DNA of 64,000 nucleotides from Patescibacteria group bacterium (lineage in GTDB: Bacteria > Patescibacteriota > Patescibacteriia > UBA10025 > JAHIVO01): assembly GCA_041660605.1 (NCBI GenBank), contig JBAZWB010000003.1:18680-82679 (forward strand). The letters run 5' to 3'. A model generated the notes under the pieces. That model saw only the letters and a program-made list of their open reading frames with translations, made no database searches and was not told the origin of the DNA. How positions within the stretch are numbered: the stretch's first letter is position 1; each line of letters begins with the position of its first letter. This document shows positions 27,706 through 36,537 of this stretch, in pieces. A program made the position numbers and the translations under genes.

Positions 27706-28125
27706 ATGTCCTGGATTTTTTACGCCATCTTATCTGCCGTCTTTGCTGCTTTAGTGGCGATCTTCGGCAAAATCGGCATCAGCAAAGTTGACACTACCCT
27801 GGCGACTTCCGTGCGGGCGGTAGTCATGGCGGTTTTCCTAGTGCTGGTCTCGCTGGTACTGGGAAAATCCCAGCTGCTCTCCAGTATTAATAGCAAGGCG
27901 CTGTTTTATATTGTGTTATCAGGAATCGCCGGCGCGCTATCCTGGATTTTTTATTTTATCGCCCTGAAAAACGGCCCGGCTTCCGGCGTGGCGGCGCTGG
28001 ACAGGCTGAGCGTGGTTTTCGTCTTGATCCTGGCCATCCTCATCCTGGGCGAACATCTGACCTGGAAATCCGCCACCGGCATCGGGCTGATGGTGGCTGG
28101 CGCGATTTTGATGGTGCTGAAATAA
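27706..28125 (+). CDS. EamA/DMT family transporter (single domain)
   Basis: W..YA.LSA.FAAL.AIFGK.G, A...V..LDRLSVV. Confidence 0.9.
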   Translation: MSWIFYAILSAVFAALVAIFGKIGISKVDTTLATSVRAVVMAVFLVLVSLVLGKSQLLSSINSKALFYIVLSGIAGALSWIFYFIALKNGPASGVAALDRLSVVFVLILAILILGEHLTWKSATGIGLMVAGAILMVLK

Positions 28126-28218
28126 ACAATCATTTCTAAATTAAAATGCGCATAAAGTAATTTTGCCAATTTTTTGGTATAATATACGCAGGTAAATATA
28201 CAATTAATACAATTGACG

Positions 28219-29088
28219 ATGACAACCCTAGACGAATTCAGGCCTTATCAAAGACACGTTTTTTCACGATTAGCCATTGCCTCAATATTAATAATGGCGG
28301 TGATTGGAGTATCCGTATATTTCATTTATTCCAACCGGATAATGAAAGACATGCAAAATGAATTATTAGGCATTGCCACCCGCACCGCTGCGCTCATCCC
28401 TGTTGCCAGCCACGAAAGCCTGCTGCAGCCGGCTGACCAGCAAAGCGAAAACTACCGGGTGATGGAACTGTATCTCCAATCCGTCATGGCCGGCAACCCA
28501 AGAATTGATGATGTTTATACCCTGCGCCCCACCAATCAGCGGCATCTCATGACCTTTGTCGTCAGTGGTAAAGGCAATGTGGACGAGAATAACGATGGAA
28601 TAATAGAAGAAAACGAACAAAAAGCCATGCTGGGTGAGGAATATGACACCACCGACTTGCCTCAAATGGAAGAAGGTCTAATAAAACCTTCAGTAGATCA
28701 GGCAGTAACTAATGACAAATGGGGCAGCTGGCTTTCCGGATATGCTCCCCTGAAAGACAGCAGCGGGAAAACAGTCGCAATTTTGGGCGTTGATTTTGCC
28801 GCCAAAACGATTTCCCAGGAACGCCATTATATTATCAGGGCCTTATTAATATTTGAGGCTATCTGCACAATCTTACTGCTGTTTGTCGCCTGGCTTATCA
28901 GCAGGCGTGTCAGCTGGCCTTATAAAATGCTGGCTGAAGGAATGAACAGGATTAAACATGGCGACATGCATTTCACTATGGCTGTAAAAAATAAAGGCGA
29001 AGAAGCATTTATCGCCGAACTGTTCAACTCCATACGTGAGACATTCCACGATTACTACAAAAACAAAAAGGAAAAAGAAGGGAAATAA
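28219..29088 (+). CDS. TM-Cache-TM-HAMP sensor without an output domain
   Basis: DKWGSWLSGYAPLKDSSG..VAILGVD (Cache-like); HAMP-like P...LAEGM..I..GD...E...IAELFN. Confidence 0.75.
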   Translation: MTTLDEFRPYQRHVFSRLAIASILIMAVIGVSVYFIYSNRIMKDMQNELLGIATRTAALIPVASHESLLQPADQQSENYRVMELYLQSVMAGNPRIDDVYTLRPTNQRHLMTFVVSGKGNVDENNDGIIEENEQKAMLGEEYDTTDLPQMEEGLIKPSVDQAVTNDKWGSWLSGYAPLKDSSGKTVAILGVDFAAKTISQERHYIIRALLIFEAICTILLLFVAWLISRRVSWPYKMLAEGMNRIKHGDMHFTMAVKNKGEEAFIAELFNSIRETFHDYYKNKKEKEGK

Positions 29089-29135
29089 ACCAGTTTTTCT
29101 GCTGTAATTTGGCTGCTTAGCATTATTTAAGCTAT

Positions 29136-29600
29136 ATGGAGAACACGCCGCTGACCCAACAATCATTGCCGCAGAAATCGGCAATAAAGCCGCGCCATAA
29201 AAAATCTGAATACGTCTTTGCCGTTATCTGCAACGCGATTGGGCTTTTCATAATTAACAGCCTGCTGAAATGGGAGGCGCAGTTCATCACTGCTGACTGG
29301 ACTAAGGTTCTGCCTTATTTAAATTTTTCGATAATTCTCAGCCTGGTTGTTTATTTCATTTTTATCTTCTTTGACCGCCGGGGATTTTATTTTCTCGGAC
29401 GTACGGCGATGGATGTGGTGGGAATATTTATACTGATAAAACTATACTTAATTTTTCCTTTTGATTTTAACAAATTTTTCCAGCTGGGCTGGCTTAACAG
29501 CGTCATGCCCTGGCTTCTGTTGCTTGGCGTGATTGGAATAATTATCGGCATCATGGTCAGAATATCCAGATTAGTCTCGGGTAAAAACATTTATAATTAA
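29136..29600 (+). CDS. 4-TM hypothetical membrane protein
   Basis: Hydrophobic segments; IFPFDF motif. Confidence 0.75.
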   Translation: MENTPLTQQSLPQKSAIKPRHKKSEYVFAVICNAIGLFIINSLLKWEAQFITADWTKVLPYLNFSIILSLVVYFIFIFFDRRGFYFLGRTAMDVVGIFILIKLYLIFPFDFNKFFQLGWLNSVMPWLLLLGVIGIIIGIMVRISRLVSGKNIYN

Positions 29601-29606
29601 TTTTTA

Positions 29607-30389
29607 ATGAATAATATGGACAAACCAGAACAAAACCCCCAGCCGCCCCAGTCAGCTCAAAGCCTGGAAATGCTCAAACCGAACGAAGGCAAGGACATAG
29701 AAAAGCCCAAAAAAGGCCATAGTTTGCGCAATTTTCTCATCACCATTATTATCATCCTAATAGTCATCCTGGTCGGACTATCCGTCACTGGATTATATAA
29801 AGTACCAGTACTCTCCGCTATCATTAAAACTGGCCAGCCAAAAGATCTGGGCATAAAAACCAGCGACCAGGCTTATGCCAGCATCAAGGAGAAAATTCCC
29901 ATGACGATTTCCGGAGGCACCATAGATTATTCCTCGCCGGCTGATCAGATATTCTCCGGCCAGATAGACATTGATACCACCACCACTTCCGAGGAAGTAA
30001 CTTCCTGGCTGAAACGATTCCAGGGAAGCGATCAGATTTTTTCTGATGTTCAGGTAAAAAAAATCGAAGGCGGCATGGAAATTTCCTGCCTGGTGAATAA
30101 ATATATAAAAGCGCCGGTTTACGTAAAAGTCATGGTTGACCGGACTTCCGAGAAAAGCGTGGCGCTGAATATAATCAACGCCAAAGCCGGGATGTTCAAT
30201 GTGCCGGATAAATACCTTACCCAGGCGGAAGATTTTTTCCAAAAAAAAGTTAATGAAATCATGGCCGCGGTGCCGGGCTTTTCTATGGAAAAATACGAGT
30301 TGCATGACGGCTATTCCGCTTTCAAAGGCACCTGGCCTGCCAATGTCCGGCCGACTGCGGGGGGATGGAATTCTCTGATAAAAATTTAA
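29607..30389 (+). CDS. Membrane-anchored hypothetical protein
   Basis: One TM helix followed by PVLS....PKDLGI. Confidence 0.75.
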   Translation: MNNMDKPEQNPQPPQSAQSLEMLKPNEGKDIEKPKKGHSLRNFLITIIIILIVILVGLSVTGLYKVPVLSAIIKTGQPKDLGIKTSDQAYASIKEKIPMTISGGTIDYSSPADQIFSGQIDIDTTTTSEEVTSWLKRFQGSDQIFSDVQVKKIEGGMEISCLVNKYIKAPVYVKVMVDRTSEKSVALNIINAKAGMFNVPDKYLTQAEDFFQKKVNEIMAAVPGFSMEKYELHDGYSAFKGTWPANVRPTAGGWNSLIKI

Positions 30390-30410
30390 TCAAGTCAAAA
30401 TGCAGATAGC

Positions 30411-31139
30411 ATGAAAACCGGCTGCCCCTATCAATCGTTTGCCAAGCCAGTCATAAAATTCTGTGAACAAAATTTGTGTTCTGCGGTCGTCCAGCCGGCC
30501 AACGCCTGGTCCAACCTGGCATATCTGGTGGCTGGGGTTGTTATTTTCTATTTCAGTCGTCAAGAAAAAATATATTTGAAGGCTTTCGGCCTGCTGGTTT
30601 TGCTGATGGGGCTGACTTCATTTCTTTATCATGCCAGCTATACTTTTCTGGGGCAGATGCTGGATCTGTCCTCAATGTTTTTATTTTCTTCCTATTTACT
30701 GGTGCTGAACTTCCGCCGCACCGGTGGAAAATTATTCACTATCAAAAATCTTGCCTGGTTTTATATCTTGCTAAATGCCATCAGTATCGCGGTAATGTAT
30801 TATGTCCGCTTACTGGGCGGTTTCAATATCGGCATTATAATTTTCGCCCTGCAGGTCGCCCTGGTGCTGCTGGCGGAATTTTATATTTTTAACAAAGGAC
30901 ATCGGGGATATGACCCAAAATATTTATTAATCGGGCTGGTTATCATTGCTGCGGCCGCGGTTTTCTGGATGTACGATTACACCGGGAAATGGTGCGATAC
31001 CAATTATTTTCACCTGATCAACGGCCACGCGCTCTGGCATGTGCTCACGGCGGTTGGCTTGATTTTTGTTTATTTGCATTATAAAATCCAGGCCCAGGCA
31101 CTTCCGTTGCCTTCAGGAAACCCCTTAAAATCCCAATAA
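30411..31139 (+). CDS. CREST-superfamily alkaline-ceramidase-like hydrolase
   Basis: FCE, NAWSNLAY, SFLYHAS, LDLSSM and HALWH motifs; 7 TM. Confidence 0.85.
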   Translation: MKTGCPYQSFAKPVIKFCEQNLCSAVVQPANAWSNLAYLVAGVVIFYFSRQEKIYLKAFGLLVLLMGLTSFLYHASYTFLGQMLDLSSMFLFSSYLLVLNFRRTGGKLFTIKNLAWFYILLNAISIAVMYYVRLLGGFNIGIIIFALQVALVLLAEFYIFNKGHRGYDPKYLLIGLVIIAAAAVFWMYDYTGKWCDTNYFHLINGHALWHVLTAVGLIFVYLHYKIQAQALPLPSGNPLKSQ

Positions 31140-31149
31140 AATCGATAAA

Positions 31150-31890
31150 ATGCCCCATATCTTGCTGCCAAAATCATTTAGTAAACTTAAATACGCCTGC
31201 TCCGAAAGGCGCGATGGCAATATGTCGTTCCGCCACGGCTCGCGGCCTGAGGTTATGAAAAATAGAAAAAGATTTTTTCGGAAAGTCGCGGTAGCTCCCG
31301 AAAAAATTGTCGTGATGAACTTACGGCATAGCACGAAAATAAAATTCGTGGACTGGCGCGACCGGGGTTTTGGCGCGCTAAAACCGTCAGGGGTCAAGGC
31401 AGACTGTCTGGTGACAAAAAAATCCGATCTCTTTCTCTTCCTGCTAACCGGCGACTGCTTACCAACAATACTGTATGACCCTAAAAAAAATATCCTGGCC
31501 TTGGCTCATCTCAGTCGGCATAATACTGACCGGCTCTATGCAAAAAAAATTATAACAACGCTAAAAAATAAATACCAGTGCCATTCAAAAAATATTATGA
31601 TAGCTATTGGTCCAGCCATACATCAAAAGTCTTATATTAAAGACCATGCCTCCCAGCAAAATAAAGCCAGCTGGCGGCCGTTTATAAAAAAACTTCATAG
31701 AGAAAAAATTGCCATTGATCTGATCGGCTATAATAAAAAGCAGCTCATCAGAGCCGGAGTTTTACCTTCGCATTTTATCGTAGGCAATATAGATACGGCG
31801 GCTTCAAGGCAGTATTTTTCCCACCGGCGATCCGTAAATACCGGACAACCGGAGGGCCGGTTCGCTACGATAGTAGGAATAAATAAATAA
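31150..31890 (+). CDS. YfiH/PgeF (laccase-domain) family protein
   Basis: H, ADCLVT, TGDCLP, ALAH, IGPAI and YFSHRR..GR motifs. Confidence 0.88.
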   Translation: MPHILLPKSFSKLKYACSERRDGNMSFRHGSRPEVMKNRKRFFRKVAVAPEKIVVMNLRHSTKIKFVDWRDRGFGALKPSGVKADCLVTKKSDLFLFLLTGDCLPTILYDPKKNILALAHLSRHNTDRLYAKKIITTLKNKYQCHSKNIMIAIGPAIHQKSYIKDHASQQNKASWRPFIKKLHREKIAIDLIGYNKKQLIRAGVLPSHFIVGNIDTAASRQYFSHRRSVNTGQPEGRFATIVGINK

Positions 31891-31931
31891 ACGCAGACTA
31901 TCAATAAATTTGTTAAACTTTTCTAATACTT

Positions 31932-32561
31932 ATGTCTTACCCATTTTCACGCCATTTATTCAGACTACTGTTTAGCTGGCGTATTGATTCAGCCAGCGGT
32001 CTGGAAAATATTCCCCGGACCGGCCCGGTCATCCTGGTTTCTAACCACGTCGGTGAACAGGATCCGCCCCTTTTGGTTAATTCCGTTATCCAGCATACCA
32101 AAGGAAGGAAAGTCTATGTAGTAACTAAGTGGAAAATCCTTTGGTTCTCTCTCTGGCGGAATTGGATGGGAATAGTTCCGTTATTTCCTGACCGCTCCAA
32201 AACGTTTAAAATTTTAATTAAGCTGATTTCTGGCGGGGAAATAGTGCTGATGTATCCCGAGGGCGGATTGAATGTAAGACCAGTAATTAATCGCGTGAAA
32301 ACAGGTGTCGCCCGGCTGGCGTTGATGACCAAAACGCCTATTATTCCGGTCGGTCTTGAACGCACTGCGCCTCCGCCAAAAACTCACCTTGGCTTTGTAT
32401 TAGAAATTTTTTATGCCCACCTGCGGATAAACATCGGACAGCCGATAGATCTTTCACCCTGGTACGGGAAAACCGTTGAAGGTGGGCTTCTCCAGGAAGT
32501 AAATAGTGAAATAATGAGTGCGGTAGCCAAACTGGCCAATAAAAAATATGAGCCGGAATAA
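31932..32561 (+). CDS. Lysophospholipid acyltransferase (PlsC-like)
   Basis: NHVGEQD (HX4D), YPEG, KTGVARLA, PIIPVG. Confidence 0.9.
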   Translation: MSYPFSRHLFRLLFSWRIDSASGLENIPRTGPVILVSNHVGEQDPPLLVNSVIQHTKGRKVYVVTKWKILWFSLWRNWMGIVPLFPDRSKTFKILIKLISGGEIVLMYPEGGLNVRPVINRVKTGVARLALMTKTPIIPVGLERTAPPPKTHLGFVLEIFYAHLRINIGQPIDLSPWYGKTVEGGLLQEVNSEIMSAVAKLANKKYEPE

Positions 32562-32573
32562 CCAACCTATGAA

Positions 32574-32715
32574 CCCGCGGGGCTAATTTTAGTGTTAGGC
32601 CAGCAAGCTGGCCACCTACCCTATCTAATATATGTAGGTGCAGAGCCCCGCCTGCTGCTCCTAGCGGAGCTATGGCGGGCAGGTTGCTCTGCTGGACAGT
32701 CATAGACACCCGCGG
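32574..32715. repeat. Multi-hairpin intergenic element containing REP-like core, copy D
   Basis: GGCCAGC / GCTGGCC, CACCTAC / GTAGGTG and GCAGAGC / GCTCTGC, the last enclosing CCCCGCCTGC...GGCGGGCAGG. Confidence 0.65.
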
Positions 32716-32769
32716 ATATAACAAACTATATGACTATCAACACCACGGCCGCACTGAAACGAAAATTGT

Positions 32770-33639
32770 ATGAACCAAAATAACCAACTAACCAGTACTT
32801 TCATCGTCCATCAATTCCGCAGCCGCGAGGTGCGTGACCATATTAACATTTTTGGCAAAAACGGCTTACCGCAGATTCTTTGCCTGCACGGCATCGGCTC
32901 AACCGGTGAAGCAAGTTTCAAACACCTGGCCGAACGACTATCAGGAAAATATCAGCTGATCGCTCCCGACTGGATCGGCTGTGGTCAAACAACAAGACTA
33001 TTTGAAAAACAGGATACCTATAGTTCTGATTACTGCTCAGAATGGCTGGCATTATTTTTTAATGAAGCAAAGCGCCAGGGAATTCTGCGGTCGCCTTTAA
33101 ACGTGCTGGCCAGTTCAATGTCCGCGCTGGGTATTGCCAAAAGCTATGCGACCATCGGGAAATATTTTAACAAAATTTTTTTTATAAACCCCGCGGGTTT
33201 TGATGATTATATCAGTAAAAAATTCGCCTTTTGGCTTACGAATCCTTTAATCCCACAGCACGCCATGGCACGCCTTTTGCTCTGGAATATTATCTGGAAG
33301 AATATCCTGCATTGGCCGGATGAATTAAAACCGCGTTTAAGAGCAGGCTTGCGCAATAACGAATTTGACGTCCTTATCTGCTATGCCAAGGCTGGCATTT
33401 ATCCCTGGGGTAGAATGATGGCGACCAATATTATTCCGCATCTTTTTGAAAAAATTAAACATCCAGTCACCATTCTTCACTGTGAAAACGACGAGTTATT
33501 TTATAAACAAAAATACGTCCAGATAGCCAAACAATCTAAAGGATGGCAAATTGAAAATATCCCAGGTTCCGGTCACAATCTAATGACGGATAATTCGCAA
33601 GCAATCGCTCAACGGATTGATCATATTTTAAAAGCCTGA
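32770..33639 (+). CDS. Alpha/beta hydrolase
   Basis: LHGIGS, APDWIGCGQT, nucleophile elbow ASSMS, catalytic D and GSGHN. Confidence 0.85.
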   Translation: MNQNNQLTSTFIVHQFRSREVRDHINIFGKNGLPQILCLHGIGSTGEASFKHLAERLSGKYQLIAPDWIGCGQTTRLFEKQDTYSSDYCSEWLALFFNEAKRQGILRSPLNVLASSMSALGIAKSYATIGKYFNKIFFINPAGFDDYISKKFAFWLTNPLIPQHAMARLLLWNIIWKNILHWPDELKPRLRAGLRNNEFDVLICYAKAGIYPWGRMMATNIIPHLFEKIKHPVTILHCENDELFYKQKYVQIAKQSKGWQIENIPGSGHNLMTDNSQAIAQRIDHILKA

Positions 33640-33655
33640 AAATTAAAAAACAAGT

Positions 33656-34156
33656 ATGAAGCCAAGTAAATCAAAATTAGAAGTTGCTCTCAAATGGATT
33701 GTAAATATATTGATAAAACACAATGTGCCGTATCAAATTTCTGGTGGATTTGGCGTACATCTTTACGGCGGGACTCGTCCGGTAAACGATATAGATATTG
33801 ATATACCAAATAAAAAATTTAAGGATATTCTTTCGGAAATTAATAAATATATAACTTTTGGGCCAGCCAGGTACCTGGACGAAAAATGGGATTTAGATCT
33901 GATAACCCTGGATTACCATGGACAAATTATCGACCTAAGCGGTTCTTTTGGGGCTAAAATATTTGATGAAAGGAAAAAAGTATGGCAATCTTTTCCCTCT
34001 AATTTTGAAACGGCACGCTTAATAAACGTGTATGGCATTAAAGTTTCCGTAATGAATCATAAAGATTTGATTGCGTATAAAAAATTGCTAAATGGTTTGC
34101 ACCAAAAAGAGGATATTGTTGCTTTGCAAAATTACTCTGAAATGATTAGAGCCTGA
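33656..34156 (+). CDS. Nucleotidyltransferase-fold protein
   Basis: ISGGFG..LYG..RP.NDIDID, DLIAYKK. Confidence 0.8.
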   Translation: MKPSKSKLEVALKWIVNILIKHNVPYQISGGFGVHLYGGTRPVNDIDIDIPNKKFKDILSEINKYITFGPARYLDEKWDLDLITLDYHGQIIDLSGSFGAKIFDERKKVWQSFPSNFETARLINVYGIKVSVMNHKDLIAYKKLLNGLHQKEDIVALQNYSEMIRA

Positions 34157-34235
34157 TATCTAGCAAAAACGCGTTCCATCCTGAAAATTAATTTTACTAA
34201 GCATACATACTAAAAACTTCTAATATTTTAATTAC

Positions 34236-35435
34236 ATGAAACTTGGCAAATCAATAATTATTCTTGGGGGCGATGGGTATTTCGGATGGAGCCTTGGCTT
34301 AGCCATGGCTAACAGGACGAAACAGCATGTCATTCTGGTTGATAATCTGATTAAGCGCCGGTGGGAAAAAGAAATCAAAGTGCGTCCCCTGTTGCCTTAT
34401 CAGCTCCCGGCGCAGAGAATGCGCGCCTACCGAAAATTATTCCATAAATCAAACCTGGCTTTTGAAAAAGCCGATATCGCAGACTATCGCCAGATTGCTC
34501 GATTAATTCATAAGTACCAACCGCGGTGCATCATCAATGCCGCCCAGCAGCCCTCCGCGCCTTTCTCAATGATCGGTCCCGAGCACGCCAAGACGACATT
34601 CACCACGAATATCATCACGAATCTCAACACACTCTGGGCCATCGCTCTGTGCGATAAAAATATTTTCTATCTCAAGCTGGGAACCTCTGGGAGCTATATG
34701 GGGCTTGATCTGGATTATATCCCGAACAACCGGGTGGCGCTGCGGTTTCAGTACCAGGGGAAAACCAGGCGCATACGTAAATCCTGGCTTCCTATGCAGA
34801 CTACGGATTTCTATCATCAATCAAAAATTACCGATTTTGAAATCAGCGAAATGTGCGCCCAATTATGGAATCTGCGCATACTTACTGTCCAGCAATCGAT
34901 CATCTACGGCGCGACTATTCCGGAAAATAAAAAACCAAGCCACCAAAGTCTGGCCACGCGATATAACTATGACGGGGTATTCGGCACGGTAATCAACAGA
35001 TTTATCTGCCAGACAGCCATCGGGCACCCGTTGACCGTCTATGGCACAGGCGAAAATGAAGTAGGGCTGATCAGCCTGCAGGATACCGTCAGCCATTTTC
35101 TGTTATTTAGCAATTTCCGGGTGCCAGCCGGCCGACATGCGGTGGAACATAACTATACCATCCGGCTGCCGATAAAAAAAATCGCGCAGGTCATTGCTGG
35201 CATTGCCCATCGGCCTGTTATCCATTCTGTCCCGCATCCACGCTATGAAAAAAGTCAGAAACTCAGGACAAAAGTAGAGCAAAGCGCCACAGTTGTAATA
35301 AATGCAAAAACCCTCGCTGCCTTTACTAATGAAATGAAAGAACTCTACGAATTTACCCGCCGGTATAAACACGATATTAACGCGAAAATTATCATGCCCC
35401 ATGTCTTTTGGCGGCACAAATATTCGAAGCAATAA
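34236..35435 (+). CDS. sqdB: UDP-sulfoquinovose synthase-like SDR (SqdB/Agl3)
   Basis: GGDGYFGW, QPSAPFSM, KLGT, FYHQSK, RYNYDGVFGTVINRF. Confidence 0.8.
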   Translation: MKLGKSIIILGGDGYFGWSLGLAMANRTKQHVILVDNLIKRRWEKEIKVRPLLPYQLPAQRMRAYRKLFHKSNLAFEKADIADYRQIARLIHKYQPRCIINAAQQPSAPFSMIGPEHAKTTFTTNIITNLNTLWAIALCDKNIFYLKLGTSGSYMGLDLDYIPNNRVALRFQYQGKTRRIRKSWLPMQTTDFYHQSKITDFEISEMCAQLWNLRILTVQQSIIYGATIPENKKPSHQSLATRYNYDGVFGTVINRFICQTAIGHPLTVYGTGENEVGLISLQDTVSHFLLFSNFRVPAGRHAVEHNYTIRLPIKKIAQVIAGIAHRPVIHSVPHPRYEKSQKLRTKVEQSATVVINAKTLAAFTNEMKELYEFTRRYKHDINAKIIMPHVFWRHKYSKQ

Positions 35436-35453
35436 AAAATTTATCAATATTTC

Positions 35454-35843
35454 ATGATTCATAAAAAACAAACTCCTCGTCTCACGCCTGAACAGATGAA
35501 TGTTTGCTTCCTCAAAGGCACCGAACCAGCAGGTTCGGGCAAATGGCTGCATAATAAAGCCAAAGGAACATATGTCTGTGTGAACTGCGGGCAAGAATTA
35601 TTTAAAAGCGATACTAAGTTTGATTCCGGCACCGGTTGGCCGGCGTTCTGGGATCCGGCCAGCAAAGCTAACGTAAAAACCGTTGATGATTATTCTCTCG
35701 GTATGAAACGCGTTGAAGTGATGTGCTCCCGCTGTGATGCGCACCTGGGTCATGTATTTCCTGACGGGCCTAAACCAACGGGCCTACGTTACTGCATCAA
35801 TTCCCTGGCGTTGGATTTCAAACCAAACGATAAGATACTTTAA
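35454..35843 (+). CDS. msrB: Peptide methionine-R-sulfoxide reductase
   Basis: GTE, CVNC, KFDSGTGWPAF, HLGHVFPDGP, RYCINS. Confidence 0.97.
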   Translation: MIHKKQTPRLTPEQMNVCFLKGTEPAGSGKWLHNKAKGTYVCVNCGQELFKSDTKFDSGTGWPAFWDPASKANVKTVDDYSLGMKRVEVMCSRCDAHLGHVFPDGPKPTGLRYCINSLALDFKPNDKIL

Positions 35844-36470
35844 ATGAAGCCTCTTTTAGAACTATTAATTTTAATTATTCTCCCGATAATTTTGTTATTG
35901 ACCAGGGTGATTCGCCACCGCCTGCGCTTTTATACTCTGGCTTTTGTTACCATTGCCATTACCGTTGTTTTTATTCATGACCAGGCGACATTAAAAGACA
36001 TCGGAATCCGTACGGACAATCTATTGGCAGCGCTGGGAATCTATCTGATATTTACCATCGCCGGTTATCTGTTTATCCGCTGGTATGCCGGTTTCACTCG
36101 TTCAGCAAAAAATCCAAACTGGAAATCAGACCCTCATTTTCGATACTTATTCATCCCCATCAGCCTTGCCCAGCAATACATTTTCATGTCTTTTGCCTTA
36201 AGCCGGCTTGAGGAAATTTTAAACTGGGATGTTGTTATAATTATTATAAACGCTGTTTTATTCGCTTTAATACACATTACTTACGGTAAATTCAAAACCA
36301 ATCTTCCGCTAGTCATCCTGGCCGGCCTTGGGTTCAGCCTTCTATATTTATACTTCCCAAATCTGATAGCCAGTTCGCTTTCTCATATGGCGCTCAATCT
36401 GACGGCTGTCTATTTTGGATTTCTGACGGTTTCCGGCAGCCGGCCTGTTAATGAAAACACCGAGAAATAA
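35844..36470 (+). CDS. CPBP (CAAX/Abi) family membrane protein with a degenerate EE motif
   Basis: LAQQYIF in place of EExxxR; FALIH; SHMALN. Confidence 0.75.
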   Translation: MKPLLELLILIILPIILLLTRVIRHRLRFYTLAFVTIAITVVFIHDQATLKDIGIRTDNLLAALGIYLIFTIAGYLFIRWYAGFTRSAKNPNWKSDPHFRYLFIPISLAQQYIFMSFALSRLEEILNWDVVIIIINAVLFALIHITYGKFKTNLPLVILAGLGFSLLYLYFPNLIASSLSHMALNLTAVYFGFLTVSGSRPVNENTEK

Positions 36471-36537
36471 AAATGTCGGCGATATGATATTCGGCATTTA
36501 TGTTTCAGAATGCTATACTTAGGGAAAGAAAACGTCT

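Noticed and set aside
6178-32715. CRISPR array from the repeated GC palindromes
   Set aside because: Copies are kilobases apart with no regular spacers and no cas genes
381-36470. Integron cassette array (many short same-strand accessory genes)
   Set aside because: No integrase and no recurring RYYYAAC...GTTRRRY attC sites seen; many genes have their own promoters
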